A DNA stretch of 50,871 nucleotides from Halocafeteria seosinensis. Lineage: Eukaryota. The stretch covers positions 1 to 50,871 of the forward strand of contig LVLI01000584.1 of assembly GCA_001687465.1 (NCBI GenBank), given 5' to 3'. Made by a program: the position numbers and the translations under genes. Shown here piece by piece: positions 35,224 through 46,383 of this stretch; positions within the stretch are counted from its first letter, which is position 1; each line of letters opens with the position of its first letter. The notes below the pieces were generated by a model. That model did no database searches, was not told the origin of the DNA, and worked only from the letters and a program-made list of their open reading frames with translations.

Positions 35224-36299
35224 TAGCCATGCGGAGGTCCCATGGGATGTGACGGAAACGGATACTGAAGTTCAGGTCTGCGTCAATGCTTTGAAGTCAC
35301 TCGTTTATGCTGCCTCTCTCCTAGTGGAACCGCGGGCCTGTAGCTGCCAGACACGGGCGGCAGCTGCTACCTAAGTGTAGCGGCTAACATCCTGCTGCCG
35401 GTGGGCCATCAGTCACATCTTCGTCGTCGTGCCTTACTTGGGGAAAGTTCGCAGGGAAGTAGTATAGATAGAGCCATTATGACATAATAAAAATCACGCA
35501 CGGGATAAATCCCAGACTCAGGGTTTGTGTATTGATATCCGGCATGAGGTGCAGGATCTAATGCTACACACAGACTCTCACAGAGTAAGCTCCGAAGTCT
35601 TTGGTCGTTTCTAGTTTCGATAAACCAGTACCACCTAAACGAATCAGGGAAACCATACCCACACCAAAGAGTTCTCGTTTCAGTAGTGCTTTGAGTGCGG
35701 CACATGTGTTAACAACTAGGAGTATGTCGCAAAAATTGACTGGGAAATACAGTGTAGTGAACGGGGCAGGAATCAGTAAAAGCAGATGTCTGTCACAATA
35801 TAGACCATATCCATATTTTTCTCTTTTGGAAAACGGCGATCTTCTTAACTGTTTGCAGTTGGACGTGCAATTATAACTCTAAATCCTCGATTGGGTGTAT
35901 AAGTAGTTCAACTTCCCTACCTGAACCCGCTTTCGCAACCACCCCGATAGCAAGTTCCCTAGAGCTGGGTCTTCCCGTGCCACAGTCTCCAATGTTATCC
36001 CCAACCAATCCACGAGGTCGTGTGGCATCCCGTGACGCAACCTCTCTGAGGCTCTCTCCAATCCAAGTTGCTTCTCTACCGGTCTCGGTCCGGTACCGTT
36101 CCAGTCGTTCCGCGTCGCCTTTTCGTTATCGTTAAACAGAGTCTCGAACCGTCGTCACAAGAGTAAATTTACTAACCAAATATAAATGAGCTAATAATTA
36201 GCGAAGCTGAAAAAGTTGAGGTTGGAACAGACGGTCACAGACCCTTCTGAGGTTGAACTCTTCCACCCAGAAGTCAACCAGAAAGGGGTGGTGGGATCA

Positions 36300-37150
36300 A
36301 CAGACATACAGGTGAGGGGAAGTAACGATATTCATTTGATGTGACAGGGCAGGGTATCTACTATTCCAACCCGTAAAAACCATGTTTTTCCGGTGGCTGA
36401 TGGCTGAATGAGGAAGCTAGCACGCCGGGGATGGATGAGTTTGTCAAGGGGTACAATCCCCAATGCGTTACCCCTTCAGTATGCTTCCACCATTGCTTGT
36501 GTGGTCTTCCGACTAAGGGACAGAAAGCTCCAGTTATTATCCATAAATAGCTCCGCCAATCTTTTTGAGGCTAGATTCTCTTTCTTGCTCCAAAATTCGC
36601 TTCTTACTAGGTGGTGCTGTTGTTGCATACGTGTCCATCGATGCTCGTTAAGAGGATGTGGTCAACTTCCCGGCCGGTGGGCTATCTGTCACATTTGTGT
36701 GTGTGTGTTGAGAAGCTGTCTGGGGCCCAGAAAATGACTTCCACCCGGGGTGATTTAGAAGATTACTAGGACTGGTCCTGCCTTGACTAACAGCTGCAAC
36801 GGGATGAAACACCTTCCTGCAAGGTTGATTGTCGACAGGAAACTTGCACACATACGCCAAAACTTTCGTCTTGTCTACTTTGTCCTGAGTGTTGTAAGGG
36901 CACATCCAAACGTACTCAGTCCCATGCGGGAGATCCCCCCACTCTTCTCGCTTTAGAACCCATCGGCCGGTAGGTTGTATTTGCTGAGTATACAGTTACG
37001 CCAATACAACGCCCATGTCCTTGTGTTATGACCTCATATATACCCACCCCGCAGGATCCCGCGATTTCGCACTGCGCGGTTGCGGGCCAGGCGCGGGACA
37101 GACGCGGGTCCCGTCCCGCGCTGCGGTTTCCCGCGCGGGGTACAGCCTTG
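36300..37150 (-). mobile_element. decayed hAT-family DNA transposon: 5' end plus internally deleted BED-finger transposase
   Basis: Minus strand begins CAAGGCTGTACCCGCGCGGG with many cgcggg/cccgcg subterminal motifs (37060-37150). The ORF reads MGSKARRVGGSPAWD*...YVCK...CRKVF...TSPSNLLNH (BED finger), then KRLAELFMDNNWSF and TGWNSRY (cf. the hAT TRWNS motif). Confidence 0.65.
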
Positions 37151-37198
37151 GCGGCGGGACAGAAATTCACAGAGAATTCCACAGAAACCCAGCGGGAG

Positions 37199-39269
37199 AT
37201 GGTGATATATATTCTGTATGTGGCATTCACCCTTCTGTTAACCACCGATAGAATAGTGTTGTCAGCAAATACTGAACTACGGGACGCCATCATAAAGGGC
37301 AATGAGACGTGTATTGTTTACACTGAAGCGCACAATCTGTTCCAACAGGTTTGCAATTTCACATGGGGAGACAGGCACGAACAGACGGATTTCATTACCC
37401 TCAAAAGGAAGGAAACCTTCGACGGAGGTGACTTTGTAATTGACGCAGTTGGCATAGGTAGCTTCCACGGCGTAGTAAGAACGGATGACACGGAACTCGA
37501 GAATCCTGACCTATGCGACTTACCGCTCATACGTCGAGTGCACGTGCGACATGGAACGACGAGTGAATCTGGAGGCTTCATCGTCCAACCGGAGCAGCGA
37601 TTTTTCTGGATCGATGCATGCAGTTCGTTGGGGACCATTCAGGGAGGAGGAATATGTGGGGACAACTGTGAGCGCGACGGTGGCAAGATAAAGATTTCTA
37701 GTTCTCATTCCAGCGGGTCCACAACTGGCTGCCAGCCAGGAGGCATTGCTGGCCGACAAGTTGCAATAGAGGATGGACAAGCATTTATTGAGGATTGCTA
37801 TACTTCATGAAATATTACCGGAGAGGAAGGGAGGAATTGTAGGTCATATAGCCGCTCGGTATGGCGGGTATTTGTATCTTTCACACTCTCATTCGTCTGG
37901 GCCAATAGCAACCGTAAGTGGAGGGGGGGGATCCTAGCAGGAAGTGGTGGACGCACAACTGGCGTAGTAAATGTCTCCTTCTGCTTTTCGACGGAATGAA
38001 TTTACGGGGTGTCCACTGGTGATATTGCGGGAAGATGGACTGGGGTTGATGGTATTGTGTGCATACAGAATTGCTACTCCACGGGTAAAATTGAAGGAGC
38101 AATATCCGAAGTAGTAGAGTGTATAATTTATGGCCTACCGGCTGAATATTCAAACGGACCACGACTACATCCATGCACCGTGAAGACAGACAAGGCTACA
38201 GTCCCACCTATCCTCATTGGCTAACAGCTCGAATCTCTGCAACAGGAGTGCGTCACAACCATCAAGTTTAGGCCAATTCCGCTCAGCAGAATTCTTACCG
38301 AAGCTTCCCATGTGGGTTAAATAACGGTGAATGTCTGTCAGTAATAGTTCCTCCGTCCGTTCGTGTCGTTTCATGATTCGCTTCCCAAGTCGAGAGTTTC
38401 TCAGTGTCCTGCTCCTCCTCGTGCTCCTCCAACTGTGCTTTCTTCCAATAGCTCCCACTCTTAAGCGGCCCGTTTCCATCCAATTCCGTTCATCAAAATT
38501 CTTACCGAAGCTTCCCATGTGGGTTAAATAATGGTGAATGTCTGTCAGTAATTTTTCCTCGGTCCGTTCATGTCGTTTCATGATACGTTGATTCGCTTCC
38601 CAAGTCGGGAGTTTCTCAGTGCCCTGCTCCTACTCCTGCTCCGAAGGCATAGTTGGCGGAGAAACTGGGCGCTTCGGAGGAACCGTTTTGGTGCGCAATG
38701 GTTACACCAGTGGGAGGTTGTCTTCTCCCGTCATCAATTTTGGGGGGGGGGGGAGGATAATGGAGTCCATATCAGCCGACGCAAAGAAGGTGCAGATTTC
38801 CTTTTCTGTGTATTGTGGCATCTCAGGTGAAAGCATGGTGGGAGACAATAATGCGGGAATTGTACAAGAAGAAGGGAAGTCTCCGGACCTTGTTGGCAAG
38901 ATTGGCTGAAAACTTTATAGGCATGATGGAGATCTCGTCTGGCCTTCCGACATGTGGGATGTCGATAACAAAAGTACAATTCAAGAAGGAGTCACATGCC
39001 GACAGACATCCGACGTACCCTTTCACCACATGCAAACGGCTAGTCTGACGGTATCTTCCAGCGATACCAAGACGGCATCTACATCTACTACACCAATCAC
39101 AAGAACAAGGACAGCTTCTGGATCCGTGTCATACAACCCGACAATAACGTGCACCTCTTCTGGTTCGCTCGGAGTGGCAGACTTAGCCACCACCGGCAGT
39201 CGGTTTTCGTCCGTAACTACCAGTCAACCAGTCCTCACGCTGTCACAGGATCATCATTTTCGTGGGTGA
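37199..39269 (+). pseudogene. disrupted paralog of the N-terminal part of the GLUG-repeat surface protein at 39289-45630
   Basis: Signal peptide followed by LRDAIIKGNETC, ETFDGG, PLIRRVHV and SESGGFIVQ, matching LRESISAGNESC, EVFDGG, PLIRNVHL and AESGGFIVQ. Premature TGA at 37808, frameshifts, an insertion at ~38160-38642, and a remnant Ser/Thr stalk at ~39040-39240. Confidence 0.85.
38272..38642. repeat. tandem duplication (period ~208 bp) within an insertion that interrupts the pseudogene
   Basis: ccaattccg...aattcttaccgaagcttcccatgtgggttaaataa...gattcgcttcccaagtcg..agtttctcagtg occurs at 38272 and 38480. Confidence 0.92.
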
Positions 39270-39288
39270 TATATCGGGTTTTTGTCCC

Positions 39289-42200
39289 TTATTCAAAAAG
39301 AGTCTTTCGACGCCGGCTTACACTTGCACGACGTTGATAGGTCGCTTCATGCAATATTCGCTTTCGTTCTTCTTGTTTGCGAAAGTATTTATATGACTCG
39401 AATCTTGCCTGGTCACGACTACCGGTGGGAACATCCACAGTGCCGGTGGTTCTGGACGAACTGCCAAACTGGATTCGCGCCATAGGATTCTCTCTCTGTA
39501 GCGGCATCCCACTTTCCTCCGCATAAGCCATATTAATAGGCACATGGGTTGAGTTACTGCCCTCATCTTGCTCTCTTCTTGACGTTGCATACATTAAGGT
39601 TCGCAACTTCCTTATGACGGGGGCTAGCTTGGACCGTAATATCTCTAGTGGATCTTGATTCTTCAGCTCCAATAAAACGCGTACAAAAGCACACGCAGTA
39701 AAGGTGAGCATTAACAGTTGAAGAACCAGAGTCGACACGGTTACAACAGCTTGGTTCGATGAGGCGTCGACATATAAGGACAACAGACCCAAAGATACCG
39801 TTATGGCACAGCAGATAGACTTGAGGATCTCCAACCAGTTGAGGGAGGTGTTGAGCTTGTATGGTTGCATTATAGTGCTTACAAATGCTGTGAAGAGCAA
39901 CACCACACTTACTAAAACTGCTTGATCCAAAGAAGGGCTCAAAAAGGACACCAACAAAAGTAGCACTGTGCGGCGGATAATTACCAACGCGGGCCACAAG
40001 TATCCTTTGTTCCGCACACGAAACCCCCGAATAGTACTCAGGAATTGTTTAAAGAGTTCCGGAGTACTCGCATTCTTTCGACTCCAGAGCAGATAAGCAA
40101 TCATGAAAAAGGGTACCCCAAACACAATTAGGACTACAGTGCCTGCTCCAAGAAAGGCAAGAATTGTATACTCACTCGAAGAAGTCGTCATTCGAAGGGA
40201 CGCCTTTAAACGTTGGTTTCCATAAACTTCCTTCGGATAAGTATTAAATATGTCCACAACTGTAGTAGATACTCCCGTATGGACGAGTCCCAGCAGCAAA
40301 TGAAGGGGTTGTAAAGCTTTCTTCAATGAATGCGTCAACCACGTTTTCGATGAGAAACAAGCCTTCGCATTGAGGAAGACCTGGAAAAGCAAGGACACCG
40401 AAATCAATAGCCAAGGTATAGCAATCGACAAAATAGCACTCTCAAAGAAACCAAAGTGGGTAACACAACGAAATGAGTCTGCCTGAGTGGGGGCCATGAG
40501 TGACATCTCGGCGAAATCCTTAAACCACTGAATGCTCCCAGCGAAAGGATTCGCGTCAAGTTTTCCTAGGAGCGCAAGAATTTGAAGGAAATCAAGAGTA
40601 AATACGAGGTATAGCTGCAGCTCTTTCATTACATTCATTTTGCCAGCGTTCCGTAACACTGAATCGAGAATGTCACGAGACAAATTTGGCTTTCCGTCCG
40701 CCTCAGTAGTCCGCGATTCCGACTGTGATACGTCTTGCTCTTCCGTATTCCTAGAAACTGTTTTTAGGCTTTCATACGAGATTCCAGGGACAACTTCATC
40801 GCTTTTCTTGTCTTGCACCACTGCTCTTTTAGACTGAAGAACATTCACCCCCACCACCACTGACACCGCTACAAGGACTGAGAATGCAACCGTGACCTTG
40901 TCTTTCACTGGGTTCCGACAGCGCACGCAACGTTGTTTCGTTTTCACGTATCCCGCTTCGCATATGTCACAAAGCGGTCCCTTTCGTCCTTCACTACAAC
41001 TAGTATGAAAGTTAGTTCGATTGACACGACACGCCGAGGCAGGAGTACATTGGTGCATCACGATGGGGACACTCTCACGAATTTGCTGCACAATTTGTTG
41101 CTTTACAGTTCCATCTTCGGGATGCACTGGACTGCCTTCCGCACAGAGCTCGCACCAATATCCAGACAGCATACGCAGTTGTCCTGACGAACATTTGAAT
41201 CCCTCGGTGGGACAGGGCATACACTGCGTTCTTCCTCGTAACGAAAACAATCCGTCAGAACACTGTCGGCACCCTTTGTGGTTGTTGGGATGAGGCTGAA
41301 ACGCCCCTTCTTTGCATGGTGTGCAGTTCAATTCCTCGCCGCTGATTGCATCAAAATTTCTTGCATACCCAGAGGGGCACAAACACTCAGTTCCGTCTTT
41401 GGATGCCACTTCGTTCTCACCACAATCCACTCTAGTGGTACTGACAAATAGAGGTGAGTTGCCAATACTCCGGTTGTTAACCCGAACATCGATTGAAACA
41501 TCTCCTTGAGCCTGCAATATGACTTGGAATGTAAAGCTTCGAGTAATTTCACCTGGTTGGACCCCTACTGGAAAATCGACAGAAATAGAAGATACGGACA
41601 GACCCTTGTTAACTGGAGTCGCTGATAAAGAAAGGTAGAATCCGTTGTCTTTTGTACGCTTCCTGAAGGAGCGTGTCCTCCTCGTGGGCGTCGACATTAG
41701 AAGTGCGCTTGCAGCAGTATTCCCGAATCGGTCAGCAAGAAGTATATCGATATTAACCGGCGTGTTTACTGGTTTGCTACTATTGTCCACCCGAACAAAC
41801 GATTGAGAAGAGTTGACTTGTCCGGCTGCGAACGTTGACTCCACACTTAACTTGCGAGTGTCGGTTGCAGAGGAGAAATTGGCGCCTCGGAGCCACTGCT
41901 CTAGCGTCAGAATTGAAAGAGTGTACTCGACACGCGGGAGATATTGAAATGCTGTAAACAGTGGCTGCTTATTGGTGGTTAAACTATGGGAACTATACTG
42001 GATCAAGGCTCGGAACCGTCTTCTGTTCTCAGGTGCAATGACCGCAGACACAGGAGAGAGCTCCAGCCATTCTCCCAATACAAGAACCTCTTTAAGATGT
42101 ATCGGCTCTAGTCGGCTAGCATTGTCCGCCGATGTCAAGTTCCCCTTCGACAGTAACTGTAGCCTAAAGTCTATGGGTCGAGCCATCACAGGCTTGCGGG

Positions 42201-45200
42201 CGACATTCACCACTGTCCACTCCACATGTGTTTGTCCCAAAGGCTTCAACTGAATCTCCACCGGGTGCTCGGGGCAAACAAATACGGAGGTTACTACGAG
42301 CTCTACTTTGAGCCATAGCGAAACACCATCAAAAAGTGTCGTTGCCGGGTTTGTGGGTTTGCTTTCATCGAAAGTAGTCTCGGAACCACGTAAGGAGTCT
42401 GTCTCAAAGAAAATCCATATCTGGAATTTCCCTGACTGTGGAGCATTTCGCGGCGCTAGTACCAAATCAAAGAGCTTTTGTTGAACCATCGTCGCTCCTA
42501 ACTGTCCTCGAATCGGGAACGTCGTCTTTCCTGGGCTTATCCATCCTGGGGATTGAAACTCACCAACGAGCTCTTCTCCACTAGGCTCAAATGCTCGTGC
42601 TTTCCAGTTTGTTTGGAATTCTCCCTTGTTAGTCATGAGTACATCTCTCGATTTGTCTGGATCACTTGTGCTCATTTGAAACGCGATGGTTCCCTGAGGG
42701 AGTTTCACCAGCGCTTCCCGAATGGTCATCGAGACTGTAATTACCAGTGTCTTCGAGGTTCCGAGTTGTGTGTTGTGAGTCTCGACAAAAATTTCAGAAT
42801 TTATCTGCCCTTGTGGAGCTTTCGTAATGTCGAAGACAATACGTTCTTCAACTGACGTTACTGTATCTCCCACTTCATTCGGGGGAGGAGGGATGACAAT
42901 TCCTGCAAGTTGCGGCCCCAAACGGAACCTATACTCCACATAAGGACCGACATTTAAGACCACAGAGCGTACAATCGTTCGCGACCGATTGTTGCTATCG
43001 GTTTTTGCCGCCTTTCCTTCATTTATCTCGATCTCCTTGGGAATCACCGCAGAAGTTATTTCTACAGATTGTACCAACTCGGTGACATCTACCTCCACGT
43101 CCCTTTCTGGGGATAAAACTGTTTCCCCATTGACATTGACAGGAACTCGTAAAGGGATCAATACGTTGGCGTCTTCCGCTTCAGATAATGTCCGACTGTC
43201 ACCGGTGGAGACCTGACTTGTTAATAGAGGTACTTGATTCTCCAAGAAGTACGTCACGTTTGAATGATATCTGATGCTTATGCTGTAACTGTATAGAGCA
43301 CAATCAGTGAAATATGAGGCTTGACTCCGAGAACTACACTTGTGAACTCCAAGCTCTTTAAGCTGTAGAATAAAGGGCAGGTCCTTGTCGAGTGATGTAC
43401 CCTCAAGCGTATCCTGACATCCGGAGTAGATCAAAGTTCCATTGCCATTGGATGCTGAAACACCTGGGGCACATTGTATCTCGAACTGTGGACTAATTCC
43501 GTTATGACTTTGAACGGTGACGTTTACCAGGAATAGGCTTCCTTCACTGCCCTTGGAGTATCGGATTGTTTTTCGGGCTGCTAAACTCATTGTTGTAACA
43601 CAGTCGAAAGAAAACTTTCTCCCACATCCTGATTCAACGATATATTCAGAGTTGATCATCGAGGGAGAGAACGAAGGAGTTTGAGTGACAGAGGATCTTG
43701 GTGTACACGAACCGGTTGGAGTGGTTGTTGGAGTGACTGACGCCGTTTGACTAGCGGTCGCTGTTATACTTGCCCTTGGTGAATCCGAATTGCTCGGAGT
43801 GCAAGAAGCGGTGCGGCTATTTGTTGCAAAACTCGTCGTTGACGACATCGTAGTCCGCGACGAGCTTAGGCTAGGGGATGCCGTAGTCGTTTCGGAGGAT
43901 GTACCAGAAGAGGAAGATGTCGCTGTACTTGTTTGCGTCGCTGTAGCAGTTGCGGACATGGTTGGAGTCGACGTTTCCGAATTGCTCGGAGTGCAAGAAG
44001 CGGTGTGGCTATTTGTTGCAGAACTCGTCGTTGACGGCATCGTAGTCCGCGACGAGCTTGGGCTAGGGGATGCCGTAGTCGTTTCGGAGGATGTACCAGA
44101 AGAGGAAGATGTCGCTGTACTTGTTCGCGTCGCCGTAGCAGTTGCGGACATGGTTGGAGTCGACGTTTCTGATGATGTTGCAGAGGAAGTCATTGTGGGA
44201 GAGGCGGTAATTGATGGGATTGGACTTGAATCTTGCAGTTGAAAGCGTAAAATGGGCAAAGATTGAGTCCCATTAAGAGCCCAGGTTTCATTATCCCATC
44301 GCTGAACACCTTGGGAGTGATACAGCTGACCTCGTATATCATCCAACGTGTTTGAAATGCCTACGTGTATTCGAGTCAAAACATCCTCTTGAGATCGGTC
44401 GTCTCCTACCAACCGAGCCCCATTGGCGCTATTATACACCGAATATTGTACACTAATCACACCACTTGCCGGGTAGTCTATATGTCCAATGATTCCGCCA
44501 CCATCATGGACAACACCAGAAGCATACGTATTCGTTATGTATACACTCCCTGTTGCTGCTGTTTCCCATCCCCCTGTGCCCTGCCCAGTAATCCCGCCTG
44601 CCAGATGACCATCAATATCTCCTCGTGTGTAACAATCTATTATGTGTACTTCACCATTGTCAGCCGCTGTTTGATCTCCAGTAATACCACCAGCCTTGTC
44701 TCCTTCAATGTTTCCTGTCGAATATGATTGCGTGATACGCACATGACCATGCAATTTACCGGCCTGATCTCCACAAATACCACCTGCCTGCAATCCAATT
44801 GTCCCAGTGGAATAACATTGGGTGATATTTGCAGTCCCATGATCGTCCCCTAGATCTACTCCTGTGATACCACCTGCCTCAAGACCCTGTATTGTTCCTG
44901 TTGAATAGGAATCCGATATCTTAATGTGGCCTCCGTGCTGACCTGCATGACGACCACATATACCACCAGCATAATTATTCGTGATCTCTCCTGTTGAGCT
45001 ACAAGAATCCACGATAAAATATCTTTGGTTTTTTTGAACGATAAATCCACCACTTTCTGCCGGGATCCCATTCTTGAGATGAACATTCCGAATCAAGGGA
45101 GCTTCATCCAAGGAATCAATGTTAATACCATCATCCATAACTTTAATTAATCCAAGAAAGCCTTCCTCAACATCCTGCAAGTCAATGACGTTTCCTTCCG

Positions 45201-45630
45201 CACCCCCACCATCAAATACTTCCTCCGCATCGAGGGAAATGCGAGTATTACCATTGTATCCATGGTCTTTCCAATTGAGGACAGTACAACTCATCCGAAA
45301 GAGATTCTCACTGGGGAAATGCTGGAAACATGATTCGTTTCCAGCAGAGATACTCTCGCGCAAGTCATCGTCGGAAGCTCCATTGGCAGCATTCCATACA
45401 AATGGGCACATTATGCTAAAACCCAAGAGGATTCGCATTATAGCATTTGATGGATGCAATTCAATTCTGCGTCGTCGTTTCTTCCCGTCACCAAAACCAC
45501 CAATTTCCTCGCCAGTCGTTCCTTTCCGGGATGACTTGGGGAGTTCAACTCCGAGTCCATGTATATGGTGATTATTGTCTGGCGAAGAGGAACGGTACCG
45601 GCAGTAGAAGCAGTCCACTGGTCTCACCAT
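39289..45630 (-). CDS. giant intronless cell-surface protein: GLUG-like repeats, Ser/Thr mucin-like stalk, Ig-like beta region, Cys-rich repeats, multi-pass TM domain
   Basis: 2113-aa ORF with a signal-like stretch MRILLGFSIMCPFVWNAANG from the ATG at 45438. Repeated GGITG..ITxxYSTGxI units, CTPCKEGAFQ/CMPCPTEGFKC/GPLCDIC Cys motifs, and about 8-10 hydrophobic helices near the C-terminus. Confidence 0.88.
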   Translation of the reverse strand: MVRPVDCFYCRYRSSSPDNNHHIHGLGVELPKSSRKGTTGEEIGGFGDGKKRRRRIELHPSNAIMRILLGFSIMCPFVWNAANGASDDDLRESISAGNESCFQHFPSENLFRMSCTVLNWKDHGYNGNTRISLDAEEVFDGGGAEGNVIDLQDVEEGFLGLIKVMDDGINIDSLDEAPLIRNVHLKNGIPAESGGFIVQKNQRYFIVDSCSSTGEITNNYAGGICGRHAGQHGGHIKISDSYSTGTIQGLEAGGITGVDLGDDHGTANITQCYSTGTIGLQAGGICGDQAGKLHGHVRITQSYSTGNIEGDKAGGITGDQTAADNGEVHIIDCYTRGDIDGHLAGGITGQGTGGWETAATGSVYITNTYASGVVHDGGGIIGHIDYPASGVISVQYSVYNSANGARLVGDDRSQEDVLTRIHVGISNTLDDIRGQLYHSQGVQRWDNETWALNGTQSLPILRFQLQDSSPIPSITASPTMTSSATSSETSTPTMSATATATRTSTATSSSSGTSSETTTASPSPSSSRTTMPSTTSSATNSHTASCTPSNSETSTPTMSATATATQTSTATSSSSGTSSETTTASPSLSSSRTTMSSTTSFATNSRTASCTPSNSDSPRASITATASQTASVTPTTTPTGSCTPRSSVTQTPSFSPSMINSEYIVESGCGRKFSFDCVTTMSLAARKTIRYSKGSEGSLFLVNVTVQSHNGISPQFEIQCAPGVSASNGNGTLIYSGCQDTLEGTSLDKDLPFILQLKELGVHKCSSRSQASYFTDCALYSYSISIRYHSNVTYFLENQVPLLTSQVSTGDSRTLSEAEDANVLIPLRVPVNVNGETVLSPERDVEVDVTELVQSVEITSAVIPKEIEINEGKAAKTDSNNRSRTIVRSVVLNVGPYVEYRFRLGPQLAGIVIPPPPNEVGDTVTSVEERIVFDITKAPQGQINSEIFVETHNTQLGTSKTLVITVSMTIREALVKLPQGTIAFQMSTSDPDKSRDVLMTNKGEFQTNWKARAFEPSGEELVGEFQSPGWISPGKTTFPIRGQLGATMVQQKLFDLVLAPRNAPQSGKFQIWIFFETDSLRGSETTFDESKPTNPATTLFDGVSLWLKVELVVTSVFVCPEHPVEIQLKPLGQTHVEWTVVNVARKPVMARPIDFRLQLLSKGNLTSADNASRLEPIHLKEVLVLGEWLELSPVSAVIAPENRRRFRALIQYSSHSLTTNKQPLFTAFQYLPRVEYTLSILTLEQWLRGANFSSATDTRKLSVESTFAAGQVNSSQSFVRVDNSSKPVNTPVNIDILLADRFGNTAASALLMSTPTRRTRSFRKRTKDNGFYLSLSATPVNKGLSVSSISVDFPVGVQPGEITRSFTFQVILQAQGDVSIDVRVNNRSIGNSPLFVSTTRVDCGENEVASKDGTECLCPSGYARNFDAISGEELNCTPCKEGAFQPHPNNHKGCRQCSDGLFSLRGRTQCMPCPTEGFKCSSGQLRMLSGYWCELCAEGSPVHPEDGTVKQQIVQQIRESVPIVMHQCTPASACRVNRTNFHTSCSEGRKGPLCDICEAGYVKTKQRCVRCRNPVKDKVTVAFSVLVAVSVVVGVNVLQSKRAVVQDKKSDEVVPGISYESLKTVSRNTEEQDVSQSESRTTEADGKPNLSRDILDSVLRNAGKMNVMKELQLYLVFTLDFLQILALLGKLDANPFAGSIQWFKDFAEMSLMAPTQADSFRCVTHFGFFESAILSIAIPWLLISVSLLFQVFLNAKACFSSKTWLTHSLKKALQPLHLLLGLVHTGVSTTVVDIFNTYPKEVYGNQRLKASLRMTTSSSEYTILAFLGAGTVVLIVFGVPFFMIAYLLWSRKNASTPELFKQFLSTIRGFRVRNKGYLWPALVIIRRTVLLLLVSFLSPSLDQAVLVSVVLLFTAFVSTIMQPYKLNTSLNWLEILKSICCAITVSLGLLSLYVDASSNQAVVTVSTLVLQLLMLTFTACAFVRVLLELKNQDPLEILRSKLAPVIRKLRTLMYATSRREQDEGSNSTHVPINMAYAEESGMPLQRENPMARIQFGSSSRTTGTVDVPTGSRDQARFESYKYFRKQEERKRILHEATYQRRASVSRRRKTLFE
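43784..44168. repeat. 192-bp (64-aa) tandem duplication in the Ser/Thr stalk
   Basis: aattgctcggagtgcaagaagcggtg starts at both 43788 and 43980; the units are nearly identical. Confidence 0.95.
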
Positions 45631-46241
45631 GACTAAAATATTAATTAGCTGTGCTCCACTGGTAAGGGCAATAATAGCTCCGCTGTGTCAAAAAAGAGGG
45701 GAGTTTGATTTCAAACGGAAATCTTTCCTTTGTTTCGAGTTTTTATCTCCTGCCTGCGACCAACCCCACGCGCAAACAAAGTAAACGCAAGACACAAAAC
45801 AAAACAAATCTTGAGTGTGCCACACCCTAGCTCACAAGGCACACATGTACGAAGCATGAATGAATACAATCACTATGGATGCAGGTAGAAAACAAAAACC
45901 ATGTAAATATGGGATAGCGTACCACCGGTACAATTGTATTCGGGTATTGCAGATTGCTTACAATTGTCCTGGCCTTAATTCTAATTGACGAATGTCAAAT
46001 AATGATAACTTGCTTGTGGTATCGTGAATCGCGTTACGTATAAAATTGCTACACTTTACAACACATTGAACACATTGTTGGTTATGTCTTAGGTCCATAG
46101 AGGACGGATCGGGCATGGGGGAGACAAAGGGAACAAGGTGACAAGTTGACCGGGGGAAAAACCTGCCAGGGCGCGTGCGGCATTGCTTCAATTTGGGCTG
46201 AGGCGATTTCTGAGCCCCCCGAGGGGCCCGAGGGCAAAATT

Positions 46242-46383
46242 GGCTTATCTCCGAGACGTACCGGGGATAATTTAGGGGCAGTATTATGAATTATGCAACC
46301 TTCATTATGAATTAGTTAGAGCATTAATTACGCCCATGCTTGGTAGATATCTGGCCTGTATAAAGCACAATGGCGGGGGTGCC
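46242..46383 (+). repeat. dispersed repeat, copy B, cut off by mitochondrial DNA
   Basis: Matches 33020-33190 with one ~28-bp indel; similarity ends immediately before the tRNA fragment. Confidence 0.9.

Noticed and set aside
35790..36300. Solo LTR or gag fragment around ORF 35879-36061
   Set aside because: A gtcaca end is present, but no matching TG start with TSD, PBS or recognisable retroelement motif could be found.
43790..44242. 150-aa Val-rich plus-strand ORF with internal repeat
   Set aside because: Antisense shadow of the Ser/Thr stalk of the 2113-aa gene; the many other short ORFs overlapping long genes were dismissed for the same reason.
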